Origin: Nitrososphaeraceae archaeon
GTDB taxonomy: Archaea > Thermoproteota > Nitrososphaeria > Nitrososphaerales > Nitrososphaeraceae
Direction: 5' to 3'
Length of the DNA stretch: 64,000 nt
NCBI GenBank assembly: GCA_035297365.1
Contig: DATGZA010000075.1
Coordinates: 32,001 to 96,000, forward strand
Shown here: piece after piece, positions 1 to 10,098 of the stretch
How the letters are laid out: each line of letters opens with the position of its first letter
How positions within the stretch are numbered: position 1 is the first letter of the stretch
Notes under the pieces: model-generated
The model's input: the letters and a program-made list of their open reading frames with translations, nothing else
Databases searched by the model: none
Told to the model about the DNA's origin: nothing
Made by a program: the position numbers and the translations under genes

Positions 1-2
1 CA

Positions 3-503
3 GGCAATATCGCTATACCTGATCAATATATTGATTTTACCAAAAAAAGGGAATATACTTTTTATGACGGAGGAATAGTTTGCCACATCTCTCAGGCAGA
101 ACCATTTTGCAATGATCTTAGGGAAATCATTTGCCGAGAACTAGAAAAGCTTGATTTTTCATATCATTCTAAATGTACCTATATATGTATCGAAGGTCCG
201 CGATTCTCAACGAAAGCAGAATCGAATTATTATAGAAATGTATTAGACGCAAATATTATAGGTATGACCTTAATTCCTGAATGTATTTTGGCTAGGGAGA
301 TGGAAATTTGTTATCTTTCAATTGCAACTGTAACTGATTACGATGTCTGGGCAGACATACATGTATCTTCTAAAGAGATCGTAAAGACACTAGGTAAAAA
401 TGTTGAAAAAGTAAGAACACTATTGTTAAATACGATACCCAAAATATCAGAAAAAAGAGACAATTGTAATTGCGGTAAATCCCTTGAAAATGCTTTAATA
501 TAA
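3..503 (+). CDS. mtnP: S-methyl-5'-thioadenosine phosphorylase (5'-truncated by window edge)
   Basis: Frame is open from base 3: GNIAIPDQYIDFTKKR...CIEGPRFSTKAES...IIGMTLIPECILAREMEICY...VTDYD, the PNP/MTAP motifs. Confidence 0.93.
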   Translation, partial: GNIAIPDQYIDFTKKREYTFYDGGIVCHISQAEPFCNDLREIICRELEKLDFSYHSKCTYICIEGPRFSTKAESNYYRNVLDANIIGMTLIPECILAREMEICYLSIATVTDYDVWADIHVSSKEIVKTLGKNVEKVRTLLLNTIPKISEKRDNCNCGKSLENALI

Positions 504-561
504 TTGATCTTCAAATTTTAATTAAAGTGTTATTAGCACTATAGATTTAAACTTCCTTCTT

Positions 562-861
562 TCAATCTGGTCTTTCTATATTTTGAGGAAGGATTACATC
601 TCCTTCAATTAACTTTCTCTGAACTGTTAATTGTAACTCTTCTGGGTCTACACCCATTTTTTTAATTTTTGATATAGATGAATTTGAAAGTTTTATGCTT
701 ACGTTATGTCCTCCAATCCGACCGAAAGCTACACAGGTAAACCTAAAACGATGATTATTGAGGATTAGAAATCCTTGTAGTTTACTAGCAACCTCTCCTC
801 CTGAGCTGCTGGTAATGAATACATCAATCTTGAGATTGTTTTCTTCTCGAAAATAGCTCAT
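562..861 (-). CDS. hypothetical protein
   Basis: 99-aa ORF directly abutting the upstream gene; no motif recognised. Confidence 0.75.
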   Translation of the reverse strand: MSYFREENNLKIDVFITSSSGGEVASKLQGFLILNNHRFRFTCVAFGRIGGHNVSIKLSNSSISKIKKMGVDPEELQLTVQRKLIEGDVILPQNIERPD

Positions 862-1278
862 TTAGTCTTTATCTCTTGTAATTTCTACGGTTCTATTCAC
901 ATTCTTTTCTACTAGGAAGCTCCACCAGTGATCATCATCGATTTGATAATCCTTTACAAGAGTTTTAACATAGGTTTCATCATCTGTATCATAAAAACTG
1001 AAAGGACCTTCTTTAACAAGCTTTATTAGTTTCCATCTGTCTTTACCAAGCCTCTTTTTATTTATGACAACTGCCCATTTTTGATAATTTTCTATTTTAG
1101 GCATTCCTATATAGTCAACGATGTCTAGAACACCCAGTCTTTTTTCTTCACAAAATAATTCCTTGGTAATCACGCTTCTCCAAATATCAACTGCTCCGAT
1201 AGTTCTGCCATTTTCATTTATGTTTATTACACCGAAGTAAACAATCTTGTCATTGTTTTCTGAATTTTGTCTACTCAT
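862..1278 (-). CDS. hypothetical protein
   Basis: 138-aa ORF in a tightly packed minus-strand run. Confidence 0.75.
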   Translation of the reverse strand: MSRQNSENNDKIVYFGVININENGRTIGAVDIWRSVITKELFCEEKRLGVLDIVDYIGMPKIENYQKWAVVINKKRLGKDRWKLIKLVKEGPFSFYDTDDETYVKTLVKDYQIDDDHWWSFLVEKNVNRTVEITRDKD

Positions 1279-1305
1279 TATTTATTCATTACTTGACAAT
1301 TATCC

Positions 1306-1683
1306 TTATTTAGTTCTTGCAATATCGTATGGATGTTCCAACAATAATCCCAGACTATCTATAAGAGAATTTTTCTTGAATTCCAGGTTTTTTTCCTCAC
1401 ATAATCTCTTGTATCTGTTAATGACTGCAAATCGAGGATGAAATACCTCGTAGAGATCTTGAGAATATTCTAACAACATCTTTTTAGAGATTAAAGAAAC
1501 AATTAATTTTTTACAATAATTTATAGGGATGTCATAATGATCAGATATTTCTTTAATACTCTTCATACCCTCAATTATTATATACAGAAAAATTTTTGAT
1601 TCTTCATCGGATAATTCAAGATTTTGTTTTAGTAATTTTATTATTTTCGATATGTCCTTCAATATTTTTATTTTAAATACCAA
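1306..1683 (-). CDS. TrmB-like helix-turn-helix protein
   Basis: LELSDEESKIFLYII...SIKEISDHYDIP...LISKKML resembles the TrmB N-terminal wHTH. Confidence 0.65.
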   Translation of the reverse strand: MVFKIKILKDISKIIKLLKQNLELSDEESKIFLYIIIEGMKSIKEISDHYDIPINYCKKLIVSLISKKMLLEYSQDLYEVFHPRFAVINRYKRLCEEKNLEFKKNSLIDSLGLLLEHPYDIARTK

Positions 1684-1725
1684 TAAATATTAAACTTTGA
1701 TTCATCTTAATAATTACAAAAAACA

Positions 1726-2145
1726 CTAACAAAAATTCTTATTTAGCAGTTTGTGACAATCTACCAACACGCTCTTTGAATTTTCATATGTGATTCTCTC
1801 TAAAGTATCCCCATACTCAGCCCATTTGAATCCTATGTGTTCATCAGAAAGAACAACCTTCAACGTATTTGTTTCTGCTAAATAATAAATCACTTGTTTT
1901 GAAATCAATTTGTTATCACGTTTATATTTGTAAAAAATCTCTTTCCTAAAATTATTTTGAAGAGTAATATTCGTTATTCCAGTTTCTTCTTTTATTTCCC
2001 TAATCACTGTTTCAATTTCTGCCTCGTTTTCTTCTTTGTTGCCTTTCGGAAAATCCCAATGTCCTGAAACATAATTCAATAATAAATAAAGAATCTTTCC
2101 GTTAATTACAGCATATACAACTGCACCCACAGATAATTCGTTCAT
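1726..2145 (-). CDS. NUDIX hydrolase, diadenosine tetraphosphate hydrolase-like
   Basis: GHWDFPKG plus Nudix box (ETVIREIKEETGI); LSDEH motif of asymmetric Ap4A hydrolases. Confidence 0.88.
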   Translation of the reverse strand: MNELSVGAVVYAVINGKILYLLLNYVSGHWDFPKGNKEENEAEIETVIREIKEETGITNITLQNNFRKEIFYKYKRDNKLISKQVIYYLAETNTLKVVLSDEHIGFKWAEYGDTLERITYENSKSVLVDCHKLLNKNFC

Positions 2146-2261
2146 CTTAAACCGTCAATTTGACTAAATTCGAATGAAGAATTGTGTTTCCAATTGTAAT
2201 GTGGGCATTTGTACGGGATCCTCAAGTTCCATTTACATCTCCCGCAGTGACTGCAGTGAAT
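2142..2261 (-). CDS. putative 39-aa Cys/His-rich micro-protein with ATT start (not in ORF track)
   Basis: Reads (I/M)HCSHCGRCKWNLRIPYKCPHYNWKHNSSFEFSQIDGLR*. ATT overlaps the upstream TAA (TAATT) and TGA overlaps the NUDIX ATG (ATGA). Confidence 0.6.
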   Translation of the reverse strand: MHCSHCGRCKWNLRIPYKCPHYNWKHNSSFEFSQIDGLR

Positions 2262-2455
2262 TAAAGATCATCATCTCGTAAATCACTTTCCTTAGATGGT
2301 GGAATATAATCATGTATTTCCATCCACTCCTTAGAATTCATAAAATATGAACAAAACCATTTCTTAGTAACAGTGTCAAAAAATCCATGCTCATACATAA
2401 ATTTACCTTGATTATCAGGTATATTTTTATGTTTTAATTTTTTCTCATTTTCCAA
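2261..2455 (-). CDS. small hypothetical protein
   Basis: 64-aa ORF overlapping the uppS stop; operon context. Confidence 0.6.
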   Translation of the reverse strand: MENEKKLKHKNIPDNQGKFMYEHGFFDTVTKKWFCSYFMNSKEWMEIHDYIPPSKESDLRDDDL

Positions 2456-3254
2456 ATCTTCTTACCCTATTTTGATAAGTACGTATTGCTCTAATAAGGT
2501 CAATCTTTCTAAATTCAGGCCAAAAAACATCCATAAAGATCAATTCGCTGTAAGCACTTTGCCATAAAAGAAAACCACTCAACCTTTTTTCCCCAGACGT
2601 TCTTAATATTAAATCTGGATGAGGTTGTGGCAAATGAGAAGTATAAAGGCATGATTCAATAATTTTTTCATTTATATCATCTATTTTAATTACTCCGGAA
2701 ATAACCATTGAACTAATTTTTTTAATGGCATCAAGTAATTCCTTTTGTCCACCGTATGCCACTGCTATATTTAAAAACATTGAACCATATGAGATAGTTT
2801 CTTCTTCCAAAATATGAAGTATGTCCTGAAGATCTTTTGGTAAAAGATCCACATTTCCAATCGCTTTAATTCTCATTTGCTTTTCATGAATCCTAGAATC
2901 ATCGCGCAATTTACAGAGTTTCTCATATAACAAAGCATAGATATTTTCGAGTTCACTATCGTCTCTTTTCAGATTCTCATTAGAGAGAACATATACAGTC
3001 GTAATTTTTATCTCCAAATCATAAATCCAATTCAACAGATCTTCTGCTTTATCCGCGCCCACAAAATGTCCTTTATCTATTCCGATAAGATTGTATTTTG
3101 CCCATCTGCGATTACCATCCAAGATTATTGCAATGTGCTTAGGGAGAGGTTCTCTAATAATTCGAGATTCTAACCATCTTTCATAAATTTTATAAATGCC
3201 AGTTAATTTAAAGAGAAATTCAAAAATATTTTGTGAAGAATAATCTATATTCAT
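2445..3254 (-). CDS. uppS: polyprenyl (tritrans,polycis-undecaprenyl) diphosphate synthase
   Basis: HIAIILDGNRRWA, YGGQKE, PDLILRTSGEKRLSGFLLWQSAYSEL, RRFG. Confidence 0.95.
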   Translation of the reverse strand: MNIDYSSQNIFEFLFKLTGIYKIYERWLESRIIREPLPKHIAIILDGNRRWAKYNLIGIDKGHFVGADKAEDLLNWIYDLEIKITTVYVLSNENLKRDDSELENIYALLYEKLCKLRDDSRIHEKQMRIKAIGNVDLLPKDLQDILHILEEETISYGSMFLNIAVAYGGQKELLDAIKKISSMVISGVIKIDDINEKIIESCLYTSHLPQPHPDLILRTSGEKRLSGFLLWQSAYSELIFMDVFWPEFRKIDLIRAIRTYQNRVRRFGK

Positions 3255-3311
3255 TTATTATTTTTCGATTATTATCAAAATAATCAATGCTTATTTATTT
3301 TATAGGATTCA

Positions 3312-4475
3312 CTATGATTTTAAGGATTCCCCGTCTTTTCTATTTCTATAATATTGATAAAGGAACGTCGCTGCAACAAGAGTAATTGCAAGGCCGATTA
3401 ACAATGAAGAGATCAAGTTGAAAGGACTTGTACCTTGAGTAAGTACTGAAGTAAATTGTAAAATTGGGTAATATAACAACACCAATATTACTATCCTTAA
3501 TATATCAGACATTGTTTTGATACTGCCCTTAAACCAATTGCTGAGTAAAGTGCCAGCCAAAATTGTTCCGATTCCAATCCACATCAACAGAATTGTACCT
3601 CTGATAAAACTTCCTACAATTTCTTTATTTGTAATAATGTCGTATGACTTCATATTATCCGTAAAGATTCCTTCTGGAATATGAGATAGGCCATTAACTA
3701 CAGAGACCACAATTATCAATATTCCTGCGACTATTGAAAAAATCCTAATGAAACTGGTAGGATTTGGTTTTCCCAATGACCCAATAGATTTATCAATATC
3801 AAAAGCCCTGATGATGAATGCACCACCAAGAATGCTCAAGACAAGAGCTATTGCCTCCCTTGTTAATCCAAAGATTGTTGCTATCCCACTGGCTACCAAT
3901 AGAGCACCGGGAACACCCAAAAAAAATCTTGAGTATCTCGGATCATAGACTAGCATCTTTACATACCTAGCAAAAACGGCGTACGAATATTCTACACTTC
4001 GACTATGTCTAATTACAACTCTGTGAATTGAAATAACAGGAATTAACGACTGGATTACAGGAATAACGGTTTCATCATCTTCCCCATCAGAAACAATAAC
4101 AGACGCATCCGCTTTAAAAACATCGACAATAAATTGAATTTCTGAACCTATTTTTTCATCTCCCTCGATTCCCCTGTTATATTTGCCAGCAACTAATGCT
4201 ACTTCAGCTTGATATCCTCGTTTAAGAAGATCTTCATATGTCTTTACTGCTGCAAAAATGGCGTTTGCATCAGAATCTTCAGGGTCTTCTATTGCCAATC
4301 GGGTACCAGCATTAATACATGAATCCCTTCCTATAACAGGTGTTTCAATTCCACCTTTTGATCCTATATCGTCATCTCTATCTATACATAATACAAGTAT
4401 ACGATCATATTTTCTATTTTGTTTAGTTAATAAATCTCCTCTTGATAAACTTCGATAATCATCATTTTTTGACAA
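3312..4475 (-). CDS. DUF373 family membrane protein
   Basis: LVLCIDRDDDIG...TPVIGR...DPEDSDANAIF...VSDGEDDE, followed by multiple TM helices. Confidence 0.85.
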   Translation of the reverse strand: MSKNDDYRSLSRGDLLTKQNRKYDRILVLCIDRDDDIGSKGGIETPVIGRDSCINAGTRLAIEDPEDSDANAIFAAVKTYEDLLKRGYQAEVALVAGKYNRGIEGDEKIGSEIQFIVDVFKADASVIVSDGEDDETVIPVIQSLIPVISIHRVVIRHSRSVEYSYAVFARYVKMLVYDPRYSRFFLGVPGALLVASGIATIFGLTREAIALVLSILGGAFIIRAFDIDKSIGSLGKPNPTSFIRIFSIVAGILIIVVSVVNGLSHIPEGIFTDNMKSYDIITNKEIVGSFIRGTILLMWIGIGTILAGTLLSNWFKGSIKTMSDILRIVILVLLYYPILQFTSVLTQGTSPFNLISSLLIGLAITLVAATFLYQYYRNRKDGESLKS

Positions 4476-4650
4476 AAGGAGTCATTTATAAATTTCGTCA
4501 ATGACATTAATTAATTTAACTAATAAAAATGATTTTCAGGCTAATAATTTTTTATATATAAAAAAATTGTATTTAATTGTTTAAAATTATAAAAAGGTAA
4601 ATCCCGTATCTTTTTTATTTAAAGTTTTCAAACTGATATGTAAGAAATAG

Positions 4651-4685
4651 TAAGTGCAGTAATCGCCAAAGGCGAAAACTACTTA
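4651..4685. other. GC-rich intergenic hairpin (terminator or small RNA)
   Basis: TAAGTGCAGTAATCGCC-AAA-GGCGAAAACTACTTA: inner TCGCC/GGCGA and outer TAAGT/ACTTA stems in an otherwise AT-rich spacer. Confidence 0.4.
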
Positions 4686-4700
4686 AATAAAACCTATATT

Positions 4701-6164
4701 CTACATATATTGCAAATCATTTTCTTCTTTCCAAAGATTGATTCGCTGGTGAAACCAAGGATAAAAGCTGGTATTTTTATCTTCGAATTGTTTTTTTATA
4801 ATTTTGGCAATAGTTTTAGATACTTCGCCGGGTTCACCATAAATCTCTTTTTTATTTTTTAAAGATATTCCAAATCCTTCAAATTTATCATAAAGATTAT
4901 TTAACATTGATGGAAGCCATTCAGAGTTTATTGGAGGAATAAGTAGATTACTCTTGGCATCAAAAATCGTCTCAGGACGATCAGTATTTAATCTAATGGT
5001 TAAAGAAAGAACATTTTTAAAATATAGTAATTCTTCTTGCATAGAGCCTGAATCTGTCATCTCAGCCCAACAATTACCGCTATCAAGGAACTCTATTACT
5101 TGTGCATATTCTTTCCACAAAGGAGTAGTTAAAAATTTTTCTGGAAATTCTTTAGATAATGATTTAATTTTATCTTCCAGACCGTAAAATTTTAATGCTG
5201 ATTTAGTAGCATTCAGCATTACCAAGATGACCTTATGATCAGAATACTTTATAATATTAACGAGTCCATGAATTATGGACTTGAATCTATGTTCTGTTAA
5301 ATTTTCTCTCCTATGTATATCCATTCTAATCCATTTTCCTTTTTCAAGTTGAGGATAACAATCAAAAATACTTCTGTTGACCTTTTGTTTCCTTTTTAGA
5401 TGGATAGCATCTACTACCGAATTTCCAACTACATGAACAAATTCTTCAGGATATCCTTCTCTAACTAGGTTATCCTTATTGAGCTTAGTTGGTGCAAAAA
5501 AATATTGCGTTCCTGCTGAACATATCCAAGTATCTATCTGTTCTGGAAAAGGTTCTTCTCTAGCGACAAACCACTTTCCGTGTAATTGTTCATGTACGAA
5601 TTTTTCTACAATATCCAATGTCGGTTCTTGATTAACCTTAATTTTTTTCATTATTTCGGGACTCATCGATCTTAATCCCGCTTCGTTTTGGGCTACTTTT
5701 TGTCCCATCCCAAAAACCCAAGCAAGAGGGGCAATCCCTGCAACTAATGTATCTCCATGAACCACAGGAAGAAGTTTGGATGTCGAACCGAATTTTTCTT
5801 TACAATAACGTCCTAAGGATCCGAATTTAGTAATCAAGTCACTTGCTTTTTCCATTAGGTCGCCTCTGATTTGCAAGTCACAGCCTACTGATTCTTCTAG
5901 TTTAAATTCTTTTATACCAAACCCTAAAATATCATCAAAATGTTGTCCTGTATCAATTACGAATACGGGAAGTTTTTCTCTTTTGGCTTCCACAACAAGA
6001 GGAGCTTGTTTGTAGAAATCAGGTTTAGTACCTATTACAACAGAAAGGATAGGACTGTTATCCGTTTTAGCTTTTGAAAAAATATCCGTTAATAAATCTA
6101 TATTAATTTTTATTGGAAGTGTCTGTTTTGACGTATCAATATGCGCAATACCATTACTTTTCAA
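4701..6164 (-). CDS. UDP-N-acetylglucosamine 2-epimerase family protein
   Basis: GTKPD, TGQH, HGDT, EAGLRS, PFPEQ, GNSVVDA, HRREN, TDSGSMQEE, TDRPE motifs. Confidence 0.88.
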   Translation of the reverse strand: MKSNGIAHIDTSKQTLPIKINIDLLTDIFSKAKTDNSPILSVVIGTKPDFYKQAPLVVEAKREKLPVFVIDTGQHFDDILGFGIKEFKLEESVGCDLQIRGDLMEKASDLITKFGSLGRYCKEKFGSTSKLLPVVHGDTLVAGIAPLAWVFGMGQKVAQNEAGLRSMSPEIMKKIKVNQEPTLDIVEKFVHEQLHGKWFVAREEPFPEQIDTWICSAGTQYFFAPTKLNKDNLVREGYPEEFVHVVGNSVVDAIHLKRKQKVNRSIFDCYPQLEKGKWIRMDIHRRENLTEHRFKSIIHGLVNIIKYSDHKVILVMLNATKSALKFYGLEDKIKSLSKEFPEKFLTTPLWKEYAQVIEFLDSGNCWAEMTDSGSMQEELLYFKNVLSLTIRLNTDRPETIFDAKSNLLIPPINSEWLPSMLNNLYDKFEGFGISLKNKKEIYGEPGEVSKTIAKIIKKQFEDKNTSFYPWFHQRINLWKEENDLQYM

Positions 6165-6613
6165 TTAAATTTATCTGATCTAACTCCTTTCTTGGATTTT
6201 AAATAAATAAGTAATCCAATAATAAATATTCCTATACCTGCTATCACAAAAAAGTATGGTATGTAAATAATTAGGTTTTGAAAGAATTCAGATGGTATAT
6301 TTGAAGAAATACTCAAAGAGACAAACATTCCTACTATCATCAAAATCCCGCTAGCAGAAATCAATATCCCTCCTATTTCACTCCCATAATTCCTACAAAG
6401 TGCATAGACTATCCCGGCAAGAATGATTGACGGAGCTCCAGAAATAGATACAGTTTTAATTAATACTGCTTGGATATCTACAAACCTATCTGGACCTGAT
6501 TTGTCTGGACCTACCAAAAAAAAATAGAAAGAGGATATCAAAAGCACAAACATAATTGCCAGACCAAACGAACTTAATGCCACCCATATTTCTAAAGGAA
6601 AGTTTAATTTCAT
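6161..6613 (-). CDS. 4-TM membrane protein
   Basis: 150 aa with four hydrophobic segments; 4-nt overlap with the next gene. Confidence 0.75.
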   Translation of the reverse strand: MKLNFPLEIWVALSSFGLAIMFVLLISSFYFFLVGPDKSGPDRFVDIQAVLIKTVSISGAPSIILAGIVYALCRNYGSEIGGILISASGILMIVGMFVSLSISSNIPSEFFQNLIIYIPYFFVIAGIGIFIIGLLIYLKSKKGVRSDKFN

Positions 6614-6639
6614 ATTATATCACGACACACCTACTTCTA

Positions 6640-7662
6640 TCACAACACACCTACTAATTTAGCAATCTCCTTTCTGGAAGCCGATCCAAGCTCCGATGCA
6701 GAAGTTTCAGGTAAAACTTTATTAACGAATACTCCAAATCCTTTTTCCAAGCCACTTAAAGCATATAATTGTGGGAATACTTCAATATGCCAATGAAATT
6801 GCCTACTATTCTTTTTCTCCGGAGATAGTTGAAAGATCAGATTAAATGAAGGGCTTTTTAAAACGGATGACATACCTCCAATAGTAGCTCTAAGAATCAT
6901 AGCCAGATCAAAAACTTCTTTCTGCGAAATTTTGGTTAATGTAGTGGAATGTTTTTTTGGAAATATGCAAAATTCATATGGATATAATGATGCCCACGGA
7001 CAAAAAGCAAGAAAATTATCTGTTGCAAGAACTTGTCGTGGTCCATCAGATTCAGTAGAAATAGCAACGCACGAAGGACAGGTTCCATTTTCATTCACGA
7101 ATCTGTGAGATAATAGCGCTTTCGACTCAATCGCAGGAGGAACCTCTGAGAAGGTAACTATATCTACGTGTGAATGGTCTATCTTCGTTCCCGAGATCGG
7201 TCCACTATTTATAAAAGCCGAGACATAGGTAACCTTTTTTTGAGTATAAAGCCACCTCATCCTATCTTGCAAAACCAGAAGAACATTTGACCATTGTTCG
7301 ACGGAAATCTGAGAAAAATCTTCTGAATGGTTTGGAGTAGCAACTAATATTTGATGATATCCATAGGCGGGCTCACTATACAACGGTTTTTCAGTATATA
7401 ATGAAGAATTATTGGGTACGAGTATTGGATACTTACTGTTAAAAACCCTAACATCCCAATCTTTAATAATATTGCCTTCTGAGTCTGACAATCTTTGAAG
7501 CATGCCACCCTTGATTACCAATGAAACAAGTGAAGGTTCTGTTAGATGTTCATTACCTGGACAATAAGGACACTCGTTCGTGGTATTTTTTTTTATATCA
7601 TTAACACTGTCAGGAAAAATCACAAATTTATCCATAACATAATCCTTTCTTAATTCTCCCAA
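6640..7662 (-). CDS. galT: galactose-1-phosphate uridylyltransferase (GalT/HIT superfamily)
   Basis: ELRKD, CPYCPGNE, RVFNSKYP, HSH (HxH) motif, FHWHIEVFP, GLEKGFG. Confidence 0.8.
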   Translation of the reverse strand: MGELRKDYVMDKFVIFPDSVNDIKKNTTNECPYCPGNEHLTEPSLVSLVIKGGMLQRLSDSEGNIIKDWDVRVFNSKYPILVPNNSSLYTEKPLYSEPAYGYHQILVATPNHSEDFSQISVEQWSNVLLVLQDRMRWLYTQKKVTYVSAFINSGPISGTKIDHSHVDIVTFSEVPPAIESKALLSHRFVNENGTCPSCVAISTESDGPRQVLATDNFLAFCPWASLYPYEFCIFPKKHSTTLTKISQKEVFDLAMILRATIGGMSSVLKSPSFNLIFQLSPEKKNSRQFHWHIEVFPQLYALSGLEKGFGVFVNKVLPETSASELGSASRKEIAKLVGVL

Positions 7663-7865
7663 TGTAATTTTCCTTTTAAAACGTCATTTCATCCTTTAAT
7701 TAAAGGTTCTGGATCGGATGATAAATATTTTAATATAATTGAACAAACATGGTAAAAAAAAATAACAACGGTAAAATTCTCTTTTGATAAGTTATCTTGT
7801 GAAAAGATTTTCAGAACCATAAGTTTAAAATATAGTTTCTGAATTGATAGAATTGATAAAACAGT

Positions 7866-8123
7866 ATGACAATGCCAAAAGGTTTTGGATCAAGTGCTAG
7901 TAACACGGGAAAAAGAAGTTTTAACGACTGGTGGACCAATGTTCCCTCAGATTTAAAACAAAAGGCCAGAAAAGGAGACGAGAGTAATAAACCATTATTA
8001 AATCAAGTGAATTATGTTTTATTACATCTTCATCTTGCAGGAAAACATGACGCAAAACCATCACATGAAGAATTAAAAGATTGGTTACACAGTGGTCAAG
8101 TAGACGTTATGAGAACTAAATAA
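7866..8123 (+). CDS. small hypothetical protein
   Basis: 85-aa ORF with TATA-like TTTAAAATA at ~7824 and a T-run after the stop (~8141). Confidence 0.75.
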   Translation: MTMPKGFGSSASNTGKRSFNDWWTNVPSDLKQKARKGDESNKPLLNQVNYVLLHLHLAGKHDAKPSHEELKDWLHSGQVDVMRTK

Positions 8124-8284
8124 ATAATAATCCCACCGTCTTTTTTTTCTTTGGTTATAAAAATACATTGAGAAGTTTGATTGTATTATTTAGGCAGAAA
8201 TAGAATTCAAAAAATCTAGAAAATCTACTTACAGATAATTACATATACAGTTTAATCAAACTCTAAAAAAGATTTAAATGATGA

Positions 8285-9337
8285 TTATTTGAATTCATTC
8301 TGCAATATTTCTTTTTTCTTCCTCATATCAAAAATCTTATCAGTATGAGACAGTGCATCATTGCGAGATTTCTTAAAAATCATCGACTGAACCAATAAGT
8401 GGTTTTCTGGAATTACCATGCCAGTCTGATCATCTGAATATGAAAATTTTAAAACATCATCTTGGCTTCTTATCAAGCTTTCATGAATATGGACCATATT
8501 GGTGTCACCGTGAGCAAATCCTAAATCCAATGCTTTCTTCCTTACATCAAGAGTACCCTTTGCAGAGTTTAGAATAGCAACCCCAAATTCATTTTGAAAT
8601 ATTTCTAATACTTGATCTTTTAAAGGGGATTTATCTTTAAATCTTATAAGTATCTGGTGTAAATGCATCATTCTAGAGGGAACCTTGAAGGCTTCGACAT
8701 ATAGGTTGGCATCAGGAATAAAATCTTTGACATCGTCTTGGTGATGGGGATGCGAATCCCATTCTATTGAATCTTTGACTTCTTTCGAATCCTCTAAATC
8801 GGCCCATCTTCTAATAAGATTAACATCATATCTTATAATATCATCACTGAATTTCTCAATCAATGGTTGCATGATTCTACCCATCCCACTAACGTTACAA
8901 CTACCTTGCATCACATAGGATTTTCCTGCTGCCTTATCATAATTTACTCTCGAATTATGTATCATATCAGCAACTGAATATTCTCCTTGCCTATCTTCCC
9001 CTCCTTGAAATATTGCCTTTTTTTTCATTGGAACATACAATAATAGTTTATTTTTATATCCCATTCCCTCTTTTGCTGCGTCAATAATCATTTCAGAATC
9101 ACTAATTCCATCTTCAATATAACCTGCAAATTCTAAATTTTTTCTCGCAAATTCATTTTCCATAGTTTTAGGGATAAAAACTCTGTAACCTTTGGATATG
9201 GCTTCCTTCGCCCTTTCATCAGCACTATACTTTGCTATTCCCACCAACTCAATTTCCTCATCTACACTAAAATAAGTTGCCAGTCTTCTACCAATATTAC
9301 CATAACCGTTAATGAATAATTTTACCATTCTAACCAC
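8285..9337 (-). CDS. gap: type II (archaeal) glyceraldehyde-3-phosphate dehydrogenase
   Basis: INGYGNIGRR, AIFQGGE, GSCN active-site Cys, RRWAD, HHQDDV, MHLH, IPEN. Confidence 0.92.
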   Translation of the reverse strand: MVRMVKLFINGYGNIGRRLATYFSVDEEIELVGIAKYSADERAKEAISKGYRVFIPKTMENEFARKNLEFAGYIEDGISDSEMIIDAAKEGMGYKNKLLLYVPMKKKAIFQGGEDRQGEYSVADMIHNSRVNYDKAAGKSYVMQGSCNVSGMGRIMQPLIEKFSDDIIRYDVNLIRRWADLEDSKEVKDSIEWDSHPHHQDDVKDFIPDANLYVEAFKVPSRMMHLHQILIRFKDKSPLKDQVLEIFQNEFGVAILNSAKGTLDVRKKALDLGFAHGDTNMVHIHESLIRSQDDVLKFSYSDDQTGMVIPENHLLVQSMIFKKSRNDALSHTDKIFDMRKKKEILQNEFK

Positions 9338-9510
9338 TAAAATCTTATTTGATGTATGAAATTATAATACAATATATTTTTATTTCGAAACAATATTTAG
9401 AACTGTGTTATTATTTGTGAATTTACAAAAAATTATAGAATTACCTTTATCTGTTCCTGTTTAGGATAACTTTAATAGATCAATGATGGGTAGTAAAATC
9501 ATCAACATTA

Positions 9511-10098
9511 ATGAAAGTATTAATTATCGATAATTATGATTCATTCGTTTATAATATTGCTCAATTAATTGGAAAAAAGAATATCGAGACTTTGATATAT
9601 AGAAATGACAAAATTGCATTAAAAACGATAGTAAAATTGGATCCTGACGGTATTATATTATCACCAGGTCCTGGGACTCCAGAAAATAAAAAATATTTCG
9701 GAATTTGTGATAATATCATTAAAGTACTTGGAATGAAAATTCCGATTTTGGGTATATGCTTGGGTCACCAAGGTATTGCGTCTGCTTTCGGCGGAAAAAT
9801 AGTTAATGCTAAGAAAACAAGGCATGGTAAGACAAGCCAGATTTCTTTTATACCAGACCCTATCTTTGATGGGTTAAAAAACCCCTTCGTTGCAACCAGA
9901 TATCATTCGCTAATAGCAGATAAAAAAACTCTTCCGAAGTGTTTGAAAGTTATTGCAAATTCATTAGATGATAGTGAAATAATGGCACTCACACATGAAA
10001 AATATCCAATAAAAGGAGTACAATTTCATCCGGAATCGATTCTGACTGGTGAAGGTATTAAATTATTAAGTAATTTTATCACATTTACTAGAAAATGA
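9511..10098 (+). CDS. trpG: anthranilate synthase component II (glutamine amidotransferase)
   Basis: IIDNYDSFVYN, LSPGPG, GICLGHQ, RYHSL, GVQFHPES. Confidence 0.95.
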   Translation: MKVLIIDNYDSFVYNIAQLIGKKNIETLIYRNDKIALKTIVKLDPDGIILSPGPGTPENKKYFGICDNIIKVLGMKIPILGICLGHQGIASAFGGKIVNAKKTRHGKTSQISFIPDPIFDGLKNPFVATRYHSLIADKKTLPKCLKVIANSLDDSEIMALTHEKYPIKGVQFHPESILTGEGIKLLSNFITFTRK

